Shown here one piece after another: positions 30,464 to 37,938 of a stretch of DNA of 64,000 nt. How positions within the stretch are numbered: the first letter of the stretch is position 1; each line of letters begins with the position of its first letter. Under the pieces are notes generated by a model. The model was not told the DNA's origin. It searched no databases and saw nothing but the letters and a program-made list of their open reading frames with translations. The position numbers and the translations under genes were made by a program. The stretch comes from Candidatus Saccharimonadales bacterium (lineage in GTDB: Bacteria > Patescibacteriota > Saccharimonadia > QS-5-54-17), in assembly GCA_040876925.1 (NCBI GenBank), contig JBBDOS010000004.1, positions 37,330 through 101,329 on the forward strand, read 5' to 3'.

Positions 30464-31723
30464 ATGAAACACAATATTAAAGAAATAACGCTCAAGAATG
30501 GAGCTAAGGGACTACTTATTAATGTGCCAGGAGCTTCGGTAGTGAGAATGTTAGTCGAGTTTCGGGCGGGATTTGATCTAGGCAGTCAAGATAAGTATGA
30601 GTTACCTCACGTTACAGAGCATATGATGTTTACTAATAAGGCTTATCCAAAGCCTAGAGCTTTTTCTAGAGAGATTGAAAAGAACGGCGCTATTAATAAC
30701 GCTTCCACAAGTTCTACTAGCCTAAAGTATTTTTATGAATGTGCTAACTTTGAAGCAGAAAGGATAGCAGATTTGCTATCTATTCAAATAGCTCAACCAC
30801 TTTTTGACGAGAAAGAACTAAAAACTGAACTAGGTAACGTAGCCGAAGAATTAAGTTCTTATATATCCAACCCAGCTTACGCTAGCGGCTATAACTTAAG
30901 GGTTGCTGCTGAAGGGGAGCCCACTTTAGAAACTAGAATAGAGCAACTATCTAGCGTTAAAGCTGAGGATCTATATAGCTATTATGATAAAACTCACTCA
31001 GCCGATAATATGCGCTTTATTATTGCAGGTGATCAAGGGTTAGAATCTATATCAAATCAGCTTGCTGAATCCGGCCTAAAATCAGGCAAGAGATTAGATC
31101 TGCCAGAGATTCCTACCAAGCATGTAGATAAACCAGTAGTTGAAATTAGGGATATACCGCAAATTTATTACCAGCTCTTTAGCGCTCACAACAAACCTTT
31201 GAGTTACAGGCAGTTAGTAGCTGCTAGGATACTATCAGGATTGTTATCCGATGGTTTCAGTTCTACTTTACTAGGTTTAGCTAGAGAGAAGGGTTTGGTG
31301 TATGGTATGTACACCGATATAGAGTCAAGTAACTATAACTCTGGATTTATGATGGGTGGCTCCGTATCGCCTAGTAATATCGATGAATATATTGATTTAG
31401 TTGTTGATGAGATAAGCAAGGTTCTAAGAGGCGAGGTAGATGCCGACCACTTTGAATCTACTAAGAAGCTATTACTAGGCCAGCGAGCTTTGCAGTATCA
31501 GAAACTAAGTAATTTAGTTAGTTATTACGATTCTTACTTTACTATAGGGTATCAGCCATTTAATGAATTTAATAAGCTTATAGAAGAAGTTAGTTTAGAG
31601 GAGGCGATCCAGGAGTTTAACAAACTGTTTGCTCAAAAAACCTGGGGGGTTAGCTTCTTAGGTAATATAGATGATAAGCAGGCTGCCAAACACTACAAGA
31701 AACTAGCTAGTATCTGGAGATAG
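30464..31723 (+). CDS. M16 family (pitrilysin/insulinase-like) zinc peptidase
   Basis: Inverted zinc motif HxxEH (HVTEHMMF) near the N-terminus; two-lobed M16 architecture. Confidence 0.75.
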   Translation: MKHNIKEITLKNGAKGLLINVPGASVVRMLVEFRAGFDLGSQDKYELPHVTEHMMFTNKAYPKPRAFSREIEKNGAINNASTSSTSLKYFYECANFEAERIADLLSIQIAQPLFDEKELKTELGNVAEELSSYISNPAYASGYNLRVAAEGEPTLETRIEQLSSVKAEDLYSYYDKTHSADNMRFIIAGDQGLESISNQLAESGLKSGKRLDLPEIPTKHVDKPVVEIRDIPQIYYQLFSAHNKPLSYRQLVAARILSGLLSDGFSSTLLGLAREKGLVYGMYTDIESSNYNSGFMMGGSVSPSNIDEYIDLVVDEISKVLRGEVDADHFESTKKLLLGQRALQYQKLSNLVSYYDSYFTIGYQPFNEFNKLIEEVSLEEAIQEFNKLFAQKTWGVSFLGNIDDKQAAKHYKKLASIWR

Positions 31724-31993
31724 AACACAATTTAATTAGCGTAATAAACCCCAGTGATTTATAAAAGTATTCAAATTATTATTTAGGGATAAAATACTTT
31801 ACTCAAATTATATATTATCCATACTTAGTTTACTTGACAGTATGGTATAAAAATGTTAATGTTTTAATATCTATTCGTAAAGTGTGAGGTGGAGACCAAA
31901 GCATTTACGACCCTAGAGGTCTTTGACAAGCTACATATTTGTAAATTATATCTGTTATATTAAGATATTGTTCGCTATTTAGTATATGTAGTT

Positions 31994-32046
31994 CAAAAGC
32001 AGAACACTGTAGGCTATTTAAGGTTGTCTTTAGTGTTCTGCTTTTG
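31994..32046. other. long hairpin in the 560-bp noncoding region (15-bp perfect stems CAAAAGCAGAACACT / AGTGTTCTGCTTTTG, 23-nt loop)
   Basis: Inverted repeat seen directly. Could be a terminator for the M16 gene or a structured RNA element. Confidence 0.4.
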
Positions 32047-32151
32047 GCTTATATGCTAAGAGCAATATTTAAGTGACCGATATGTATTTTTGTATTTTTC
32101 CATAACTTTAAATGTTTCTTCTTCTATAGAGGCAAGGAGCAGCACTGTATT

Positions 32152-32172
32152 GCAAACTATTAATTAGTTTGC
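32152..32172. promoter_or_regulatory. palindrome GCAAACTA-ttaat-TAGTTTGC (8-bp arms) at the left edge of the island
   Basis: Perfect inverted repeat seen directly; candidate operator or protein-binding site. Confidence 0.35.
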
Positions 32173-32238
32173 GGTATGTTGCTGTTCCTTACCCTGTGGG
32201 GGTCCGAGGAAAGGTAGTTAGAAAGCCTAACTACCCTT

Positions 32239-32258
32239 GATGCATTAACATGCATCAC
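32239..32258. promoter_or_regulatory. palindrome TGATGCAT-taac-ATGCATCA (8-bp perfect arms) 27 nt upstream of island ORF1
   Basis: Perfect inverted repeat immediately upstream of the GGGGGAG RBS and ATG at 32285; candidate operator. Confidence 0.4.
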
Positions 32259-32284
32259 AGCAGACTCCCAGAAGGGGGAGAGAC

Positions 32285-32731
32285 ATGACTGTCGAGAACA
32301 ACACCAGGCCAATCACCAACGCCGAGATGCGTGAGCGGTTCGATCACTTCGAGCAGATTCTTGAGCGCAGGAGTCGGTGGTATCGTTTGCGTAGCTGGTT
32401 CAGTACTCGTAATGAGGGTCGAGCCAGGCTCAACAAAACCAGTCTCCGTGAGAGACTGGCAAACAGAGATTCCGTTCAGCTGAACGGCAAGCTGCTTCCA
32501 TTGGCTGTTAGCGCAGTCCTTGGTTTGCTAGCTGGTTGGATCGCTGTCCGGATCGGTCTGAGTCTTTCCGACCGAGTTGCTGAAATTGCTGGTACCAGCC
32601 TTGGCTGGCTGGCTCTTCAGCAGATCGTCATCACGATTTTGGCGATACTCATCGGTATCTACACGTTTCGATGGGTGCTGAACTACTTCAAGGAAGACCA
32701 ACTCGAGGAATCTAACAACGATTCCTCCTGA
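32285..32731 (+). CDS. hypothetical 2-TM membrane protein encoded in the GC-rich island
   Basis: 148 aa with a basic N-terminal region (RRSRWYRLRSWFSTRNEGRARL) and two hydrophobic helices. Strong RBS. Confidence 0.6.
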   Translation: MTVENNTRPITNAEMRERFDHFEQILERRSRWYRLRSWFSTRNEGRARLNKTSLRERLANRDSVQLNGKLLPLAVSAVLGLLAGWIAVRIGLSLSDRVAEIAGTSLGWLALQQIVITILAILIGIYTFRWVLNYFKEDQLEESNNDSS

Positions 32732-32753
32732 AGATCACCAAGGAGGTGACAGC

Positions 32754-33845
32754 ATGAAGCGCATATTGGCGCTAGTCGGGGTGCTGCTGCTAGTTGCAGC
32801 CATCCCGCTCGTCACCATCTTTGGTGGTGACGATGAACCCGTCATTGATCAGGCTGAATCCGAAGTGGAGTCAGAGCCTGATCCCGAATCAGAACCCGAA
32901 CCAGAACCCGAACCAGCATCCGAATCAGGGTGTCTGACGTGGGAATCGGTTGAGGGTAACCACGACAACAACAGGTGGTTTGGTGATGGCATTGCAAGCA
33001 TTCTAGAAGCACAAACGCGTGAGGATGCTCGTAATGCAGCCGATGAATTCTTGGGGCTGGTTAAGCACCATCCCAACCTACTCGTGGCAACGACTCGTTA
33101 TTTCCTTGACCGTGAGGTTGAGGCAGTTGAGTTGTTCGATCGAGACGACTGTGCTACAAATGAGGCTGAAGTTCTCGTAGCTGAACTAGAGATAGTTCTG
33201 GCCGCGAGTGATATCTCAGTTGATGAAGCACCGTCTGATGGGTACAACTCTGGTGTAGATGAGCATGGAACGGCTGGTGTATCAACTCACCCCGGAATTA
33301 CTGGTAACCGTCAGGCTATCAAGATTGTGAAGCCTGATGGTACGGTGATTTGGATTATGGGTAGGTGCGGTAACATCGTCGTTACTGAGCCTCCGCCAGA
33401 TCTACCCGAGGTTCCAACAGATGAACCGCCTCCGAAGGAGGTCAAGGACCCAAGCGAGGATGTTTTGTTGAATCCAGACGTCCCAGATAGGGTTCGAGGT
33501 CCATCTGGAGGAAGTGGGTGCGGTGATAAGCCCTGTGAGGTTGATGCTCCTGAAGCTGATCCTGACAGGACGCCGCCGTCAACCGACTCTCCTGAACCAC
33601 CACCTCCAGAACCTGGCGGCTATGAGCAGCCAGACTCTTCTGATGGTGGAGGTTCTCCTGGCGGTGGAGACGATTCAGTCGTTTCTGAGCCAGATGATGA
33701 TGCAGATGACAACCCCGAGCAGGATGACTCTAAGGAGCCATCTCCAGGTACGTCATCTGACACTTCCAACGATGCTGATTCAGACGACGCAAAGACGCCT
33801 GAGTCAGACGAAACCAATCAGTCAGGAGATCCTGGAATGCCCTAG
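32754..33845 (+). CDS. secreted/anchored acidic Pro-Glu-Ser-Asp-rich protein encoded in the GC-rich island
   Basis: N-terminal signal/anchor (MKRILALVGVLLLVAAIPLV), then an (EPEP)n linker, a globular segment with Cys residues, and a long acidic/proline low-complexity tail. No LPxTG. Confidence 0.6.
   Translation: MKRILALVGVLLLVAAIPLVTIFGGDDEPVIDQAESEVESEPDPESEPEPEPEPASESGCLTWESVEGNHDNNRWFGDGIASILEAQTREDARNAADEFLGLVKHHPNLLVATTRYFLDREVEAVELFDRDDCATNEAEVLVAELEIVLAASDISVDEAPSDGYNSGVDEHGTAGVSTHPGITGNRQAIKIVKPDGTVIWIMGRCGNIVVTEPPPDLPEVPTDEPPPKEVKDPSEDVLLNPDVPDRVRGPSGGSGCGDKPCEVDAPEADPDRTPPSTDSPEPPPPEPGGYEQPDSSDGGGSPGGGDDSVVSEPDDDADDNPEQDDSKEPSPGTSSDTSNDADSDDAKTPESDETNQSGDPGMP
32852..32927 (+). repeat. 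tandem hexanucleotide-type repeats encoding the (S/E-P-E/D)n linker
   Basis: GAGTCAGAGCCTGATCCCGAATCAGAACCCGAACCAGAACCCGAACCAGCATCCGAATCA seen directly. Confidence 0.6.
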
Positions 33846-34131
33846 CGGCTCACCAGCGGTTTCCTATGAGTAATGGAGATACATGGATCATATCGGGTCA
33901 CTGCGTGCTACTGGGGCAATCTTTTGTTTTAAAGGGCTAACACCTCTTTGATAAAAAACAAAAGACCCCCAGTAGCCGCATTACCCTAAATAGTTTTCAA
34001 ATATGTAGTTTGTTGAAGTGTAAATCCTAGAGGGAAAGAGCACATTAATAAGCCAAACCTAGAGAAGAGATACATTAAACAATTAGAAACTTTTAGTATT
34101 TTAAGTAAATTCCCTATGAAAGGAGAATGAT

Positions 34132-35439
34132 ATGAATATAAGAAATATATTAAACTATATCAGCTATGTTCCTAAGTCATTTACAGCTATAGCCGCAGCA
34201 CTTGTGGTTACTGTAATGCCTATAGCAACTATGGCTGGTTTTGGTCCGGATAGACCAACTTTTAGCATTAACGATCCAGCAGATTACGTAACTTTCAACT
34301 CTATTACCGATAATCCAAATTATGGTGATGAGAGATACTTCTTTGATGGTAAGCCTGCTAGTGACACTAGTACAGGCGGCTTCTCTGACCCTATAGAAAT
34401 AGGTGATTTAGACGATGGTGATGAGCTATTGCTACGTGTATACGTACACAACAACGCCAAAGAAAGTCTAAACGATAGCGGTGAAGGTATTGCCAAGAAC
34501 ACTCATGTTAGAGTAGATCTACCTAACAATACCGATAGATCACTACGTGCTACTGCTAGCATTTCAGCTGATAATGCTAACCCAGGTACGGTATATGACA
34601 CATTAGACTTTACTAGTGCTAATAGACCATTCAACCTAGATTACGTTGCTGATTCAGCTGTGATTCATACTAATGCTGTGCCAAGCGGTATGAATCTAAG
34701 TGATGACATCATCACTTCTAACGGAGCTAAGATAGGATACGATAAACTTAATGGTGAAGTGCCTGGATGCTTTGAATTTACAGGTATAGTAACCTTAAAG
34801 GTTAAAGTTAACAAAGCGGACGTAGAAGTCGATAAGTTTGTTCGTAAGCTAGGTGAAACTGAGTGGAAAACTGAAAATAATGCTAAGCCTGGAGACACGC
34901 TTGAGTATTTGATACGCATGAAAAACTCAGGTAGCACTACTCTTAAAGATGTCATGGTAGGCGATAATCTACCTAAGTACACTTCATATGTAGAAGGCAC
35001 CACTATGTTGAAAAACATGAACAACCCTAACGGTATTAGTATCGACAACGATAATATTACCAAGGGAGGTATCAATATAGGTCACTATGAACCTGGATCT
35101 GTAGCGTATGTATGGTTCCAGGCCAAAGTCGATCCTGTAGGAGTATTCGATAAGTGTGGAGACTATACTATCCGCAATGTTGGCGTAGTACGTCCTGAGG
35201 ATATGAATGAGTTCTTCAACACTGCAGATACCAATGTCACTATTAAGTGTGAAGTGACTCCGACAGGTGCACCTCCTGAAGATGTTCCTGAAGATGTTCC
35301 AGAAGGCGTTCCAGAAGAATTGCCACAAACTGGTATAGGTGGCATCTTCGGTGGATTGATAGGTAGTGGAGCTCTAGGTATCGGCTTAAGAAGCTGGATA
35401 GGTTCCAGAAGGAAGTTTATCGACTCTTTAATGAGTTAA
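34132..35439 (+). CDS. cell-surface protein with DUF11-like repeat domain and C-terminal LPQTG sorting signal
   Basis: N-terminal signal region. A DUF11-like segment (KPGDTLEYLIRMKNSGSTTLKDVMVGDNLPKYTSYVEGTT) lies at about 34837-35122. A PEDVPEDVPEGVPEE linker precedes LPQTG (35320-35334), followed by the hydrophobic IGGIFGGLIGSGALGIGL and a basic RSWIGSRRKF tail. Confidence 0.8.
   Translation: MNIRNILNYISYVPKSFTAIAAALVVTVMPIATMAGFGPDRPTFSINDPADYVTFNSITDNPNYGDERYFFDGKPASDTSTGGFSDPIEIGDLDDGDELLLRVYVHNNAKESLNDSGEGIAKNTHVRVDLPNNTDRSLRATASISADNANPGTVYDTLDFTSANRPFNLDYVADSAVIHTNAVPSGMNLSDDIITSNGAKIGYDKLNGEVPGCFEFTGIVTLKVKVNKADVEVDKFVRKLGETEWKTENNAKPGDTLEYLIRMKNSGSTTLKDVMVGDNLPKYTSYVEGTTMLKNMNNPNGISIDNDNITKGGINIGHYEPGSVAYVWFQAKVDPVGVFDKCGDYTIRNVGVVRPEDMNEFFNTADTNVTIKCEVTPTGAPPEDVPEDVPEGVPEELPQTGIGGIFGGLIGSGALGIGLRSWIGSRRKFIDSLMS
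35275..35316 (+). repeat. tandem 12-mer repeats (CCTGAAGATGTT x2, CCAGAAGGCGTT, CCAGAAGAA) encoding the PEDV linker
   Basis: Seen directly in the coding sequence just before the LPQTG motif. Confidence 0.55.
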
Positions 35440-35460
35440 TAGATAAAGACTTCTAAAAGA

Positions 35461-35512
35461 CCTAGATCGGCTCTAGGTAAGCACCCCTGTTTTGCAGGGG
35501 TGCTTTTAATTT
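35461..35512 (+). terminator. rho-independent terminator (tandem hairpins: CCTAGA-tcggc-TCTAGG, then AAGCACCCCTG-ttttg-CAGGGGTGCTT followed by TTTTAATTT)
   Basis: GC-rich 11-bp stem with a T-tract 22 nt after the stop of the LPQTG protein. Confidence 0.8.
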
Positions 35513-35588
35513 AACTACATCTAGTTAAATATTTAGCAAGAATAGCCCAATAACAGGGTTAGAGATGATATACATGGAATGCATATAT

Positions 35589-35617
35589 TTGACAAAAGCA
35601 TAAGTAGATAGTATAAT
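35589..35617 (+). promoter_or_regulatory. consensus sigma70 promoter (-35 TTGACA, 17-nt spacer, -10 TATAAT) for the PKD/LAQTG surface-protein gene
   Basis: TTGACA at 35589-35594 and TATAAT at 35612-35617. The leader contains a small hairpin (GGTGT-gaaggagttt-ACACC) holding an SD-like AAGGAG in its loop, then the true AAGGAGG RBS. Confidence 0.7.
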
Positions 35618-35671
35618 ATAGAACATTAACCAAGGTGTGAAGGAGTTTACACCACAAGGAGGTTTTAAGAG

Positions 35672-36742
35672 ATGTTAAAGAATCTAAGAATTAAGAACTA
35701 CATTTTAGTTATAGCTTTGTTTCTAGCTGGTATATTAGGAGTTGTTAGTATAGGTAGCTCTTTTGCAGCTAGTGATAATGATATTGTTTATGGTGGTGTT
35801 TCTAATCAAACTGATCTACGCAACAAGTTTAATAATGGCGATGGACACAACTCAGCTGCTAATATCCAAGCCATCTATCGTGAAGCTATTGGCGTAAAGA
35901 AATCTACTGAAATGAGCGGTATGAGCTGGGGCTATGTTTACCGTGACGGTAGGGTGGTAGTTGATGGTAAGACGGTAGCCACTAATGCTAAAAGCTCAGG
36001 TAGATTAAACTTCCGCAACTCTAAACCATTGGGTGATACCGGTGCTTTCTACCATGATACCGATATTCGCTTCAGTTCAGGCACTAATAAGCTACGTGCA
36101 CTAATAAAGCTCGATAGTAATGGTAAGTATAAGTTTGCTGTTATAGCTAATTGTGGTAACCCAGTTATTGCTAAACCAGTTCCAGTTCCTGAGCCAGACC
36201 CAGAACCTGAGCCAGACCCTGAACCAGAACCAGAACCAGAACCTAAGCCTGAACCTAAGCCACAACCACAAGCTAGCTTCGTGTGCGATAGCTTAAGTAT
36301 TAATAAGCAACAGGTTAATCCTGGTGATAGAGTTGTCTTTACAGCTAGTTCTAGCAGGAATAACACTAGCCTAGAGGACTACAGCTACCATTTCGGTGAC
36401 GGTGAGGTTCTAACTACTAGACGTAATATGATTTCATATAGTTACAGCGAGCCAGGTACTTACACAGCTTATGTCATAGTTAATACTGATGCCGGCAGTA
36501 CTCAGCCAACCAGTATTTGTGAAGTAACCGTGCAGGTATTAGCTGAGGAAATACCAGAAACACCAGAAGAGTCTACATCTGAGCCAAAAGCACCAGAGAA
36601 GCTAGAAGAAGCTCCTGAAGAGCTAGCGCAAACAGGTGTTGGTAGTGGTTTACTAGGTCTAATGGGTAGCGGTATTCTAGGTGCTACTGTCCAAGGCTTT
36701 AGGATGACCCGCAAAAAGTTTCTAGACACTATATTGGGCTAG
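35672..36742 (+). CDS. cell-surface protein with PKD-like domain and C-terminal LAQTG sorting signal
   Basis: Signal peptide (ends ...SSFAASDN). A PVPVPEPDPEPEPDPEPEPEPEPKPEPKPQPQ linker is followed by a PKD-like segment (YHFGDGEV...EPGTYTAYVIVNTDAGS, about 36278-36542). The tail carries PEEL-AQTG (36623-36637), the hydrophobic VGSGLLGLMGSGILGATV and the basic RMTRKKF. Confidence 0.8.
   Translation: MLKNLRIKNYILVIALFLAGILGVVSIGSSFAASDNDIVYGGVSNQTDLRNKFNNGDGHNSAANIQAIYREAIGVKKSTEMSGMSWGYVYRDGRVVVDGKTVATNAKSSGRLNFRNSKPLGDTGAFYHDTDIRFSSGTNKLRALIKLDSNGKYKFAVIANCGNPVIAKPVPVPEPDPEPEPDPEPEPEPEPKPEPKPQPQASFVCDSLSINKQQVNPGDRVVFTASSSRNNTSLEDYSYHFGDGEVLTTRRNMISYSYSEPGTYTAYVIVNTDAGSTQPTSICEVTVQVLAEEIPETPEESTSEPKAPEKLEEAPEELAQTGVGSGLLGLMGSGILGATVQGFRMTRKKFLDTILG
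36170..36270 (+). repeat. tandem hexanucleotide repeats encoding the (PE/PD/PK)n linker
   Basis: GAGCCAGACCCAGAACCTGAGCCAGACCCTGAACCAGAACCAGAACCAGAACCTAAGCCTGAACCTAAGCCACAACCACAA seen directly. The opposite strand gives the spurious (GS)n ORF 36049-36366. Confidence 0.65.
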
Positions 36743-36762
36743 TTTAACTTAGCCCAATATAG
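36729..36762 (+). terminator. hairpin overlapping the stop codon (13-bp perfect stems CTATATTGGGCTA / TAGCCCAATATAG, 8-nt loop)
   Basis: Seen directly. No clear U-tract follows, so this may be a terminator or an mRNA-stabilising hairpin. Confidence 0.5.
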
Positions 36763-36818
36763 CTAGGGGCTACCTAAATTGTAGGTATCTAATATATACT
36801 GATATCTTAAGTAGTCTT

Positions 36819-37904
36819 ATGCATGAATTAAGTAAAGAACTAGAGATATTATTAGATCGGACTGATCAAGCTATGGATCAGTTGGATATTGCTGCTAAAA
36901 AACAAACAGTTGTTGATTTGGAAACAGAAATGGCTAGTCCTGATTTCTGGAATGATTCTGATCTAGCTGCTACAAAGTCCAAAGAACATGCCGATCTCAA
37001 AGACCAAGTCAATCAATGGCAAGATCTAAGAGATGATATAGCTGGTGCTATAGAGATGGCTGAACTGGAAGATCATTCATTACTCAAAGATTTAGAGGCG
37101 CAACATGAACAGCTTAAAGAGCGCTTCGAGAAGAAGGAGTTTGAAGTTAAGTTATCTGGTAAATATGATAAGAATGACGCTATCATTCATATTCATAGTG
37201 GTACTGGCGGTACCGATGCTCAGGACTGGGCGCAGATGTTAGAGAGAATGTATTTAAAGTACGGCGAAAAAACCAATCTTGAATCTGAAGTTATTAGTGA
37301 ATCAGTTGGAGACGAGGCCGGAATCAAAAGTGCTATCCTGCGTCTAAGCGGTCTATATGCCTATGGGCGTCTGCAGTCCGAGCACGGAGTCCATAGACTA
37401 GTCCGCTTATCTCCATTCAATGCTGATAACTTGCGTCAGACTAGCTTTGCTTTGGTGGAAGTTACTCCTGATATATCAGAGCCTAAAGACATAGAGATTG
37501 ACGAAAAGGACTTACGAGTTGATGTCTACCGTGCCGGTGGTAAAGGTGGCCAGTCAGTCAATACCACTGATTCTGCAGTACGTATTACCCATATACCTAC
37601 CAATATTACAGTAGCTATTCAGAACGAAAGATCTCAGCTTCAAAACAAAGAAGCTGCCATGAAAGTTTTACGAGCTAGATTAGCTCAGCTGCAGCATGAA
37701 CAGCACGAAGAGGCAATCAGTAAACTCAAAGGTCCTAGCCATACTCAGCAGTGGGGTCAGCAGATAAGGAACTATGTCTTACACCCCTATACATTAGTGA
37801 AAGACACTCGGACAAATTTTGAGACTAACAATGTCGATAGGGTGCTTGATGGTGACTTGGACGATTTTATAGACGCCTACTTAACTTATAATATATCGTC
37901 TTAA
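36819..37904 (+). CDS. prfB: peptide chain release factor 2 (single uninterrupted ORF, no programmed +1 frameshift)
   Basis: RF2-specific SPF tripeptide (RLSPFNADN) and GGQ (GKGGQSVNTTDSAVRITHIPT). The full-length 361-aa ORF starts at ATG 36819. Confidence 0.92.
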   Translation: MHELSKELEILLDRTDQAMDQLDIAAKKQTVVDLETEMASPDFWNDSDLAATKSKEHADLKDQVNQWQDLRDDIAGAIEMAELEDHSLLKDLEAQHEQLKERFEKKEFEVKLSGKYDKNDAIIHIHSGTGGTDAQDWAQMLERMYLKYGEKTNLESEVISESVGDEAGIKSAILRLSGLYAYGRLQSEHGVHRLVRLSPFNADNLRQTSFALVEVTPDISEPKDIEIDEKDLRVDVYRAGGKGGQSVNTTDSAVRITHIPTNITVAIQNERSQLQNKEAAMKVLRARLAQLQHEQHEEAISKLKGPSHTQQWGQQIRNYVLHPYTLVKDTRTNFETNNVDRVLDGDLDDFIDAYLTYNISS

Positions 37905-37938
37905 GGACACTTACTTATACCGCCCCGCCTATGCTAAT

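Larger units (their letters stand above)
32140..33900. other. compositional island (about 54% GC versus about 40% elsewhere) with two genes, putatively horizontally acquired
   Basis: Hand GC counts are 53-55% at 32281-32400 against about 38-43% in flanking genes. Sharp boundaries fall near 32140 and 33900. No integrase or transposase present. Confidence 0.65.

Noticed and set aside
32197-33971. An 8-bp inverted repeat (TGGGGGTC at 32197-32204 / GACCCCCA at 33964-33971) flanking the GC-rich island, considered as possible terminal inverted repeats of a mobile element.
   Set aside because: An 8-bp match is near chance expectation in 64 kb. There are no target-site duplications and no transposase or integrase. 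It is noted only as a weak observation.
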